This document shows positions 28,353 to 36,498 of a stretch of DNA of 64,000 bases, piece by piece (positions within the stretch are counted from its first letter, which is position 1; each line of letters opens with the position of its first letter). Source of the DNA: Pseudomonadota bacterium (lineage in GTDB: Bacteria; Pseudomonadota; Gammaproteobacteria; Acidiferrobacterales; Acidiferrobacteraceae). The DNA is taken from positions 5,525-69,524 of the forward strand of contig JAKARI010000007.1 of NCBI GenBank assembly GCA_021819245.1, read 5' to 3'. The notes beneath the pieces were generated by a model. That model was given only the letters and a program-made list of their open reading frames with translations. It was not told the origin of the DNA and did not search any database. The translations under genes were made by a program, and so were the position numbers.

Positions 28353-28711
28353 TGCGCGCTACGGGCCATCTCCTGGTTGCCCATGGCTCGCCCGACGCAC
28401 GCTGGCGCGCCCCGTTCGAGGAGCTCGCGCGGCGGCTCGCACAACGCGATCCTAAGTGCCCGGTGGCGCTCGCCTACCTGGAACGATGCGCCCCCGATGT
28501 GCCCACCGTGCTGGCGGACCTCTATCGGCGCGGCTGCCGGCACATCCGCGTGTCGCCGCTCTTCCTCAGCCACGGACGGCACCTCGCGCACGATCTCCCC
28601 GAACTGCTCGCCGCGGCCAAGGTCCGTCACCCGGATCTTTCTATCACCTGCCTGGGCGCGCTCGGTGAACGGGGCGATTTTCTCTCGGCGCTGTTGGCGG
28701 TGCTGGCATGA
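28349..28711 (+). CDS. CbiX/SirB-type small chelatase domain protein
   Basis: 120 aa (MMRATGHLLVAHGSPDARW...SPLFLSHGRHLAHDLPEL). ATGA overlap with the ybiB stop. Track ORF 27950-28711 is an over-extension. Confidence 0.65.
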   Translation: MMRATGHLLVAHGSPDARWRAPFEELARRLAQRDPKCPVALAYLERCAPDVPTVLADLYRRGCRHIRVSPLFLSHGRHLAHDLPELLAAAKVRHPDLSITCLGALGERGDFLSALLAVLA

Positions 28712-28877
28712 CCATCGCCCGTACGTCGCCCACCCTATCCCGCTCGTGCCCCGCCCTCTGCGCCCTGACGCCCGGCGGGTCTATCATTCCGGCAAGAAGT
28801 CCCTAAAGTCTGATCCGGCCGCGGTGCCTGACCTGCCGGGTACCGCAAGGCGCGGTTTGCGGATCATCGAGGGCGTC

Positions 28878-30662
28878 ATGGCCACACGCACACACTCCGT
28901 CCCGCCGCCCCCCGAACGGCTCTTTCAAGAACTGGCGGCGACACTGGAATTTGACCGGTTTTTCTTAAATGCCGCGCGCGGGGCGGCGCTCGCCGTGGGT
29001 GCCGACTACGCAGGCCTGATACGCCGCCACGGCGCGCACCTGCGCTATCAATTCTTTGCGGCGCTTGCCGCCCACGATCATCGCCACCTGATCCCCCTTA
29101 CCATCGGCAGCGGGCCCGCCGCCTTCGATCTGACAGGCCTGGCCGGCGAGACCCTCTACTGCGCCGACTCGCGGCACGGACCGGCGGCGGCCCCGGAACT
29201 TGCCGTGCTGGGCGTGCGCGCCCACCTCGTGGTCCCGGTGCGCGTGGCCGGACGCACGGAAGGGGCCCTGGTGCTGGCCTGGCAGACGCCCCCGGCGCGC
29301 GCGCCCGGGGCGCGCAAGCGACGGCTGGCCGAGGCGTTCGCGGCGTTTATGGGCCATGCCTGCTACCGTTCGGCGCTCGAGGCCGCGCTCATTCGCGACG
29401 CCCGTCACGACACGCTCACCGGGTTGCCCAATCGCGGCGTGCTCATGGACCGCCTCACATACGCACGCCGCCGGGCCATGCGCAACGACCGCCTGCTTGT
29501 GGTCGCGCTGCTCGACATCGACAATTTCAAGCACATCAACGATGAGCGCGGGCACGAGGCCGGTGATCACCTGCTCACAACCGTCGCCGACCGGCTCAAC
29601 GGCTGCGTGCGCCTGGCCGACACCGTAAGCCGCTACGGCGGTGACGAGTTCGTGATCCTCATGGAGGACGTAACGCACCTCGAGCAGGCCGAGACCATGC
29701 TCGATCGCGCCCTGCATGCGATCAGCGAGCCGGTCTCGTTTCAGGGGCACACGCTTGCCCTCTCGATCAGCGTGGGCCTTACGATCTATCCATTCGACGA
29801 TCACACCCCCAACGTCTTGCTTTCGCATGCCGACCAGGCCATGTATGAGGCCAAGCGCGCCGGAGGCCACTGCTACCGCTGCTTTACACCGGCCGCCGCG
29901 CCCGAACCCACGCGCACCCAGCGCTTACAAGACATCGAGCAGGCCCTGGTCCGCGATCTCTGGCAGCCCGGCTACCAGCCGATCGTCGATGGCCACGGAC
30001 ATATGAGCGGGCTCGAGATACAGCTGCGCTGGTGCCGGCCCAACGGGGTAGTGGTGCGCGACGAGACGATCGCCGGTATCGCCGAGCACGATCTGCGCGG
30101 TCGATTTCTGGAGCGCCTGATGGCCCTCACGCAACGCGACTTCGCAGACCGCGGGCCACCGCCCGCACCGCTCCATGTCAATCTTCATGCCGCCGATCTC
30201 TATGATCCGCGGCTGCCGGCGCGGCTCGCGAAGTGGCGCAACACCCTCTATCACAATGACCCTATACCGGTCGTCCTCGAACTGCCGGATGCCGCGCTGG
30301 CCGCGCATGCGCCGGCCGCAGGGCGGCTTGCCGCGACCCTCGGGGATCGGGGCTTTCGCCTGCTCGTGGATCATTTCCCGGGGCACGGGCCGGGGGCGCT
30401 TTCGCATATCAGCGCGACCCCCGTGCGCGGCGTCAAGTGCCGCCCCCCGGCCGATCCGGCGGACGCCCGCCTGCTTAAGGCACTCACCGCAGGCATCAAG
30501 GCCCTGGGGCTGACCCTGTACGTCTGCGATGTCGATGATGCGTCGCGCCGCGAGGCCGCCTCGCGCCTGGGCTTTTGCTACTGGCAGGGACTGGCCTTCG
30601 CCCCGGAACTCGATGCCCCATCCCTGACGCGCTGGCTCAAGACCCGCGCACATGCGCCATGA
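28878..30662 (+). CDS. GAF-GGDEF-(degenerate EAL) signalling protein
   Basis: Start MATRTHS at 28878 within track ORF 28377-30662. GAF-like N-terminus. RLADTVSRYGGDEF gives an I-site RxxD plus intact GGDEF. The EAL domain is degenerate (GLEIQLRW, DHFPGHG, CDVDD). Confidence 0.8.
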   Translation: MATRTHSVPPPPERLFQELAATLEFDRFFLNAARGAALAVGADYAGLIRRHGAHLRYQFFAALAAHDHRHLIPLTIGSGPAAFDLTGLAGETLYCADSRHGPAAAPELAVLGVRAHLVVPVRVAGRTEGALVLAWQTPPARAPGARKRRLAEAFAAFMGHACYRSALEAALIRDARHDTLTGLPNRGVLMDRLTYARRRAMRNDRLLVVALLDIDNFKHINDERGHEAGDHLLTTVADRLNGCVRLADTVSRYGGDEFVILMEDVTHLEQAETMLDRALHAISEPVSFQGHTLALSISVGLTIYPFDDHTPNVLLSHADQAMYEAKRAGGHCYRCFTPAAAPEPTRTQRLQDIEQALVRDLWQPGYQPIVDGHGHMSGLEIQLRWCRPNGVVVRDETIAGIAEHDLRGRFLERLMALTQRDFADRGPPPAPLHVNLHAADLYDPRLPARLAKWRNTLYHNDPIPVVLELPDAALAAHAPAAGRLAATLGDRGFRLLVDHFPGHGPGALSHISATPVRGVKCRPPADPADARLLKALTAGIKALGLTLYVCDVDDASRREAASRLGFCYWQGLAFAPELDAPSLTRWLKTRAHAP

Positions 30663-31524
30663 GTGTGTTCATGATGGCGAGGCGGTGGCGGATAGGCAGG
30701 GAATAGTGGCCCTCGCCCGGCACGAGCCGCAGACAGGCCTGTGGCAACAGGCCGGCAAGCGCCGTCGCCACCGCCGGAGGCACGATACGGTCGCAGGTCC
30801 CGTGCCAGAGCGTACAGGCCGCTTGAATCGCGGTCAGCGGGAAGTCCCAGGGTCGCACGTACAAGAGGAGGTCCTGCACCGCCGCCTCACCGCCTTGCGC
30901 AAGCCCCATGCGCTGGGCACTCATCAGCACCTTAAGGACCGCGGGATCGGCAAGTATGGCGCGATCGGCCGGCGCCGAAAGGCGCATGCCAAGCCGAAGC
31001 CCCCAGTTGAGGCGCAGGGCATGGACGATCGGCCGCGCCATGACCGGCGCGAGCGCCGGGGCGATCTGCGCCAGATGCAGGGCGCCACGCACCAGCGGAA
31101 AGAAATCCGCACGCGCAGCCGCGAGTGCCGCGGGCGGACCGAGTGCCGCGACGAGCGCGCCCGGCCCGATCCGATCGGGCGTGCAGGCGAGCAAGGCCAG
31201 GGCGTAGGGACCCCCGCCCGAGACGCCGATGACCGCCGCGCGGGCGATCCCCAGGGTGTCGAGCAGGGCCGCCACGTCGCCGGCAAAGCCCGCCAGGGTG
31301 CGCCCGGGAAGCGGGCTCGATTCGCCATAGCCCGGCCGATCCGGGGCGATCAGCCGGACCCCCTGGGCGGCCAAGGCCGGCGCCATCAGGCGCGCCTCAT
31401 AGGAGGAGCTCGGAAACCCATGGCAATAGACCACCGGCACCCCCGAGGGCGGCCCGATGTCGGCATAGGCCAGGACCCGGCCATCGGCAAGCGTCATGCG
31501 GCCCCGCCCCTCCGCTGCTGTCAT
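30637..31524 (-). CDS. alpha/beta hydrolase
   Basis: HGFPSS oxyanion region and nucleophile elbow GVSGGG. Start ambiguous (31497, 31524 or 31533; track ORF extends to 31650). 3' end overlaps the convergent GGDEF gene by 26 bp. Confidence 0.75.
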   Translation of the reverse strand: MTAAEGRGRMTLADGRVLAYADIGPPSGVPVVYCHGFPSSSYEARLMAPALAAQGVRLIAPDRPGYGESSPLPGRTLAGFAGDVAALLDTLGIARAAVIGVSGGGPYALALLACTPDRIGPGALVAALGPPAALAAARADFFPLVRGALHLAQIAPALAPVMARPIVHALRLNWGLRLGMRLSAPADRAILADPAVLKVLMSAQRMGLAQGGEAAVQDLLLYVRPWDFPLTAIQAACTLWHGTCDRIVPPAVATALAGLLPQACLRLVPGEGHYSLPIRHRLAIMNTLMAHVRGS

Positions 31525-32497
31525 CGCCCTCATCCTCCGCACCGGCCGATCGTCCCGGAACCGGGTCACCCCCGGTACCTTGAGGGCGTGGTGACGCGCA
31601 CCGCCAAGCCCCGTTGGACACGCTATCACATCGTCTCGGATTTTCCGCACGTCGCGCGTTTAACGAAAGAGTCCCGTCTTTGCCGGCCCCGAGCCCGCAT
31701 GGCCCAAGATCGCGCGCCCCATACAACGTGCGCACACCGCGCGACCTCGGAAGGCGGCCCGATTGTCGCGGTCTGCGGGCCGCGCCTTTTGGCCGCAGGA
31801 GGACCGCAGTCCACGGCCTTGCAGGGTCCCCCTTCGGACGAAGCTCGGCTACGACAGGGTACGCCGCCCGCCCCATGCAGCGGTAATTGCGGGCTTTACC
31901 CGGATACGGGAGAGAGACCCCGCCGGGTTTCGAAGGGCCAGTTTACGGGCCGCATCGATGGCCGGGATGTGCATGCATAGCGCACGCAGAGGACTCTCGC
32001 CATGGCGCGGCATTCCGAATGCTCTCCAGGGCGCCCGCACCCGTCAGGCACGCAAGGCGGCACTCGCCCCGGCCAGGCCGTGGGGCCCAAGGATGTCTTT
32101 GGAGGCAAGCCCCCGGACACATCGGCCGTGACGGTGCGGGCCGGGAAGTCCGGTGGGCCCGCCAGTTCCGGTGCGCCCCAGGCGAGCGGATCGCCGCTGG
32201 GACAATCCTGCACCTTCCGGCCTCGATCGTCGAATACCGGACGAAGGGCAGGCCGCGCCGCATGCGCGCGCGATGAGAGCGCGCGGTCTTGGGCGCGCTA
32301 TCCCGCCCGCTCGATACGGCCTGACAGGCGCCGGGCGTCGCATGGCGCTGCCCGATGGCGCCCCAGGAACCGGCCATCGATCCTGCCGGTCTGGGCCTGG
32401 GTTCCACGACGCGCCGTTTCACGTTATGCTCGCCGGATACACTGGCCGCCACAGAGGTTGCACGCCCCACCATGCCTTGGCACATCGCCTGATTTCC

Positions 32498-33682
32498 ATG
32501 CGCCGACTGTCCTTTCTGGCCGCCATCGCCCTCACCGGGGCGTTCGCCCTACTCAGTTCCACGATGGCCAAAACCCCGGCCTTGCCGCTCTTTGCGCGCG
32601 CGCTGGGCGCCCCGCCCTCCCTCATCGGCTGGGCGGTGATGGCATCCACCGTACCCGGCATCATCATCAGCCTGCCGGCCGGGTTATTGCGCGATCGCCT
32701 GGGCGCGCGCCCGCTGCTGATCGCCGCGTTATTCGTATTCGCCACCGCGCCCTTTTTGTACCTGCTCGTGCACACCATAGGCGAACTTGCCATCGTGCGC
32801 TTCTATCACGGCTTTGCCACCGCCATATTCGGGACCGTAGTCGGCGCCGAGATTGCCGCGCGCTACCCGCAGAGCCGCGGGCACGCCTTGGGCGTCTATA
32901 GCGCCGTGAGCACCGCCGGGCGCTCGGTGGCCCCGTTTCTGGGGGGCGCCCTGATCTCTGCGACCGGCTTTCCCGGGGTCTATATCGGGTGCGCCGCCGC
33001 CGGCGTCCTGGCGCTCGGCCTGGGCCTGCGCGTTACCACGGATCACGCCCCGGCCCCGGCCCCGGACCCAAGCGCGAATCGGACCACGGGTACGGCGCAT
33101 GTCGCCGCGGTGCTCGCAGACCGCGTCGTGCTCACGACAAGCCTGATCGAGGCCCTGCAATACCTTGTCTTCGGGTCCGTAGAGGCCTTTCTGGCGGTGT
33201 ACGCGGCCCACCGCGGGTGGCCGGCCTGGACCATAGGCGTGCTGCTCGGCACGCAGCTTGGCATCATCGTCTTATTCAAGCCGCGGCTCGGGGCCCTGTC
33301 GGACCGCCTCGGGCGCCGCACCCTCATCCTCGTAGGTCTCGTAATCGGCGTGCTGGCGGTGGCGGCGCTGCCGTTTACCGCGAGCTTCCCGGCGCTGCTT
33401 GCCATCAATGCCGCCTTTGGCCTGGGGTTCGCGGCCACCACCGCCGCCACCGGGGCACTGGTCGCCGACCGCGCGCGCGCGGGCGGCCTGGGGGCCAGCA
33501 TGGGGGTTTTGCGTTCGATCATGGATATCGGCCAGGCCACCGGGCCCGTGCTGACCGGCGCGCTGATCGGCGCCGGCGGCTACCGCCTGGCGTTTTTGAC
33601 GCTCGCTGCGCTGCTCGCCCTCGGGGCCATGGGCCTTGTGCTCTCGGGGCGGCCCGGCGCGCCCTCGCCGGCCCACCCCTGA
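32498..33682 (+). CDS. MFS transporter
   Basis: Start MRRLSFLAAIALTGAF at 32498 (track ORF starts at 32153). About 12 TM segments. MFS loop GLLRDRLGARP and second-half repeat ALSDRLGRR. Confidence 0.8.
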   Translation: MRRLSFLAAIALTGAFALLSSTMAKTPALPLFARALGAPPSLIGWAVMASTVPGIIISLPAGLLRDRLGARPLLIAALFVFATAPFLYLLVHTIGELAIVRFYHGFATAIFGTVVGAEIAARYPQSRGHALGVYSAVSTAGRSVAPFLGGALISATGFPGVYIGCAAAGVLALGLGLRVTTDHAPAPAPDPSANRTTGTAHVAAVLADRVVLTTSLIEALQYLVFGSVEAFLAVYAAHRGWPAWTIGVLLGTQLGIIVLFKPRLGALSDRLGRRTLILVGLVIGVLAVAALPFTASFPALLAINAAFGLGFAATTAATGALVADRARAGGLGASMGVLRSIMDIGQATGPVLTGALIGAGGYRLAFLTLAALLALGAMGLVLSGRPGAPSPAHP

Positions 33683-33686
33683 TCCC

Positions 33687-34424
33687 CTAGCCCAGCAATC
33701 GCCACAGGCAACGCCCGCCGCTTTTCTTGTCGAGGGTCTCGAGGCAGGCCTCATGGGCGGCGAGCTCCTCGGCCGAGGGCATGATGACAAGCGGCTCGCC
33801 CCGCTCGCACACAAGGCCTTCCGCCGTTGTCGCGGCCGTCGCGATCGCCGCGCCCGTCACCGCTGCCTCCTCGCCGAACATGGCCATCTGACCACCGGTC
33901 ATGGCGAGATAGACATCGGTCAGAATCTCGGCATCGAGCAGCGCCCCGTGCACGACCCGCTGGCTGTTGTCGATGCTATAGCGCCGGCACAAGGCGTCGA
34001 GGCTGTTTTTTTGCCCGGGGTGCAGGGTGCGGGCAAGCCTTAAGGTATCCTGTATCGTACAGCACTCTTCGATTGCGGCCACCGGCAGTACGCACCCCTG
34101 GGCCCGGGCGCGCGCAAGCTCGGCATTGAGAAAACCCGCGTCAAACGCCGCATTGTGAATCAGCAATTCGGCGCCTTCGATAAACGCGAGCAACTCCGCG
34201 GCGATATCCGCAAAGTGCGGCTTGTCTGCGAGCATGGCATTGGTGATGCCATGGACCTCGATGGCGGCCGCGTCGATCTCGCGGTCGGGATTCAGGTATC
34301 GATGAAAGCGCCTGCCGGTGAGACGCCGGTCCTTGAGCTCGATCGCCCCCACCTCGATGATGCGATGCCCCTCCGAGGACTCAAGACCCGTGGTTTCGGT
34401 ATCCAGTACGACCTGTCGTGTCAT
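33687..34424 (-). CDS. dnaQ: DNA polymerase III epsilon subunit (3'-5' exonuclease)
   Basis: Exo I VLDTETTG, Exo II HNAAFDAGFL, Exo III HGALLDAEILTDVY. Confidence 0.9.
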   Translation of the reverse strand: MTRQVVLDTETTGLESSEGHRIIEVGAIELKDRRLTGRRFHRYLNPDREIDAAAIEVHGITNAMLADKPHFADIAAELLAFIEGAELLIHNAAFDAGFLNAELARARAQGCVLPVAAIEECCTIQDTLRLARTLHPGQKNSLDALCRRYSIDNSQRVVHGALLDAEILTDVYLAMTGGQMAMFGEEAAVTGAAIATAATTAEGLVCERGEPLVIMPSAEELAAHEACLETLDKKSGGRCLWRLLG

Positions 34425-34436
34425 GATATGCGCCCC

Positions 34437-34895
34437 TTATATGCGCCCCTTGCCGGTGTCCCCGAGGAGACGGTCGATGGCCTCGTTGGCGAGGCGATCC
34501 GCGCGCTCGTTGCCCGGATGGCCGGAATGACCCTTGACCCATCGCCAGTGCACGGTGTGGCCGCTCGCGGCGGCATCCAGCTCGCGCCAGAGATCGGCGT
34601 TGGCCACCGGACGCCGTCCGGCCGTGAGCCAACCGCGCCGCTTCCATTGCGCAAGCCACTCGGTAATACCCTGGCGCACATACTGCGAGTCGGTGACAAT
34701 CTCGACCTCGCATGGGCGCTTCAGGGCCTTTAACGCCGCAATCGCCGCCTGAAGCTCCATGCGGTTGTTGGTGGTCGCAGGCTCCGCGCCGCTCAGCAGC
34801 CGCTCGTGGTCGCCCGCCTCGAGGATCGCGCCCCAACCCCCGGGGCCGGGGTTGCCGCGGCAGGCGCCGTCGGTATGAATCACGACCTTAGCCAT
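34437..34895 (-). CDS. rnhA: ribonuclease HI
   Basis: 152 aa. [21 protein letters not shown] and [11 protein letters not shown] motifs. Confidence 0.92.
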   Translation of the reverse strand: MAKVVIHTDGACRGNPGPGGWGAILEAGDHERLLSGAEPATTNNRMELQAAIAALKALKRPCEVEIVTDSQYVRQGITEWLAQWKRRGWLTAGRRPVANADLWRELDAAASGHTVHWRWVKGHSGHPGNERADRLANEAIDRLLGDTGKGRI

Positions 34896-35640
34896 AACGA
34901 GCCCCTGCCGGCTGCGATACCGCGCGCATGCGCGCGCGGCGCAGACCCGGGCGGATGGGGGTCACGCCCGCGACCCGCTTCCTGGCCACCAGCACATACA
35001 CCGCGCCCCCGAGCGGCCACCAGCGATCCCCCATACGTTCCATGAAAAACAGCCGGTCCATCCAGCCCTGGCGCCCAAACGGCGGCCGGTAATAGAGCAT
35101 CGCCCCGTGCGTCAGCTCATAATCAAGCAACGACAGCCAGTCGCGCAGCCGGCGTATGCCGATCCAGTCCCCGCACCAGGGCGGGCGATGCGCGCGCGGC
35201 CGCGCAAGACAGGCAAGCCGCCAGAGGCTTGCCGAATTAAACCCGAAAATCACGATCGAACCGTCGGGCACCAGCACCCGATGCGCCTCGCGCAAGAGCT
35301 GATGGGGCGCCTCCGACACATCCAGGGTATGCGGCAACACCATCACCTGCACCGATTTGCCGTCAAGCGGCAACGCCTCGGCGCGCCCCGCGACCCATTG
35401 TGGCCCATTGGCCGCAGGCTCCGGATCAACCAGCAGATGGACGGCCGTGGGGCTCGATTCCAGCAGGTCACGGCGCCCGAGCCACCCGCACTGAACCGCG
35501 AACGTGCCGGGTAAGGCCGGCAGGATCTCGCGTAACCTATGGGCCTCGATGGCCTGCAGGGATTCGCCGAGCGATCCGGCAAACCACGCGCGCAGACGCT
35601 CGATACGGGACTGCGCGCCTTCATCCGTTGACTCCCCCAT
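34888..35640 (-). CDS. class I SAM-dependent methyltransferase (YafS-like context)
   Basis: 250 aa. Sits in a gloB / methyltransferase-rnhA-dnaQ neighbourhood as in enterobacteria. [14 protein letters not shown] is typical of Methyltransf_11-type proteins. 8-nt overlap with rnhA. Confidence 0.6.
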   Translation of the reverse strand: MGESTDEGAQSRIERLRAWFAGSLGESLQAIEAHRLREILPALPGTFAVQCGWLGRRDLLESSPTAVHLLVDPEPAANGPQWVAGRAEALPLDGKSVQVMVLPHTLDVSEAPHQLLREAHRVLVPDGSIVIFGFNSASLWRLACLARPRAHRPPWCGDWIGIRRLRDWLSLLDYELTHGAMLYYRPPFGRQGWMDRLFFMERMGDRWWPLGGAVYVLVARKRVAGVTPIRPGLRRARMRAVSQPAGARYG

Positions 35641-35662
35641 GGCTTACCCTCACACTTCAGGC

Positions 35663-36436
35663 ATGGACGAGGCCATAGCGGTCCACGCGTTTCGCGATAA
35701 CTATATCTGGCTTGTCCCGGGATCGAAACCCGGGCTTGTCGCAATCGTGGATCCCGGGGATGCGGATCCGGTCATGGCGGCGCTTCATGCGCGCGGGCTT
35801 ACGCCTGCGTGCGTGCTGTGCACGCACCACCATGGGGACCACGTCGATGGGGTCGCGGCCCTTGTCCGGCGCTATGCCATCCCCGTATACGGGCCGGCCG
35901 CCGAATCGATTCCAGGGGTCACCCACCCGGTCGCGGAGGGCGACATCGCGGGATCGGAGACCGGCGAGCCTTACCGGGTCCTGGCGGTACCCGGGCATAC
36001 ACGCGGGCATGTGGCCTATGTCGGTGCCGGACGCGTGTTCTGCGGGGATACATTGTTTATCGCGGGATGCGGGCGGCTATTCGAGGGGACCGCCTTTCAG
36101 ATGCATGCCTCGCTCATGCGGCTCGCCTCCCTGCCCCCCGACACGCGCGTCTACTGTGCCCACGAGTACACCCTGGCCAATCTCGCCTTCGCCCGCGCCG
36201 TGGAACCCGATAATGCCGCCACCCTCGCCTTCGAACGCCGCGCCCGCCGCCTGCGGGCCGAAGGCCAGCCGACGATCCCCGGTACAATAGCCGACGAACG
36301 GAGCATCAACCCCTTCCTGCGCACCTCCGAACCGGCTGTGCGCCGGGCTGCCGCCTCCCGCGGAGAGGGGTCCCTCGATACGGATGCCGCCGTCTTCGCG
36401 GTATTGCGGCGCTGGAAGGATGATTTTAAGGGATAG
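35663..36436 (+). CDS. gloB: hydroxyacylglutathione hydrolase (glyoxalase II)
   Basis: Start MDEAIAVHAFRDNYIWLV at 35663. Metallo-beta-lactamase motif CTHHHGDHVDG. C-terminal NPFLR. Confidence 0.88.
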   Translation: MDEAIAVHAFRDNYIWLVPGSKPGLVAIVDPGDADPVMAALHARGLTPACVLCTHHHGDHVDGVAALVRRYAIPVYGPAAESIPGVTHPVAEGDIAGSETGEPYRVLAVPGHTRGHVAYVGAGRVFCGDTLFIAGCGRLFEGTAFQMHASLMRLASLPPDTRVYCAHEYTLANLAFARAVEPDNAATLAFERRARRLRAEGQPTIPGTIADERSINPFLRTSEPAVRRAAASRGEGSLDTDAAVFAVLRRWKDDFKG

Positions 36437-36498
36437 CTATCGTTGACGCAGGGCCTATCAGAACCTATAGTTCGATCGTATAATCACGGCGTTATCAC

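Noticed and set aside
27950-28711. N-terminally over-extended track ORFs. Examples: 27950-28711, 6497-7921, 28377-30662, 32153-33682, 21304-22470, 20278-21444, 42153-42542.
   Set aside because: Family-like sequence begins at internal starts, often with an SD or an ATGA/stop overlap with the upstream gene. The upstream extensions overlap neighbouring genes and are compositionally non-protein-like.
31835-32246. Two CGGACGAAG motifs (31835-31843 and 32238-32246) reminiscent of guanidine riboswitch ACGR/CCGGACGAGG elements upstream of a transporter.
   Set aside because: They are about 400 nt apart, too far for guanidine-II hairpin pairs. The guanidine-III pseudoknot partner (CCGGTCAGGACAA) is absent. 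GGGTTCC near 32399 is not followed by the remaining ykkC core.
32143-32260. GGGAAGTCCGGTG...TTCCGGTGCGCCCC resembles the cobalamin-riboswitch core (GGGAA.CCGGTG..AATCCGG.GC) and the RNase P P4 strand (GGAAAGTCCGGGC).
   Set aside because: The rest of either consensus is missing: no CCCGCCACTGT or B12 box, and no GGTAAGGGTGAAAGGGTG or ACAGAACCCGGCTTA in the right order. The downstream MFS gene gives no functional support. It is kept only as part of the unexplained-gap finding.
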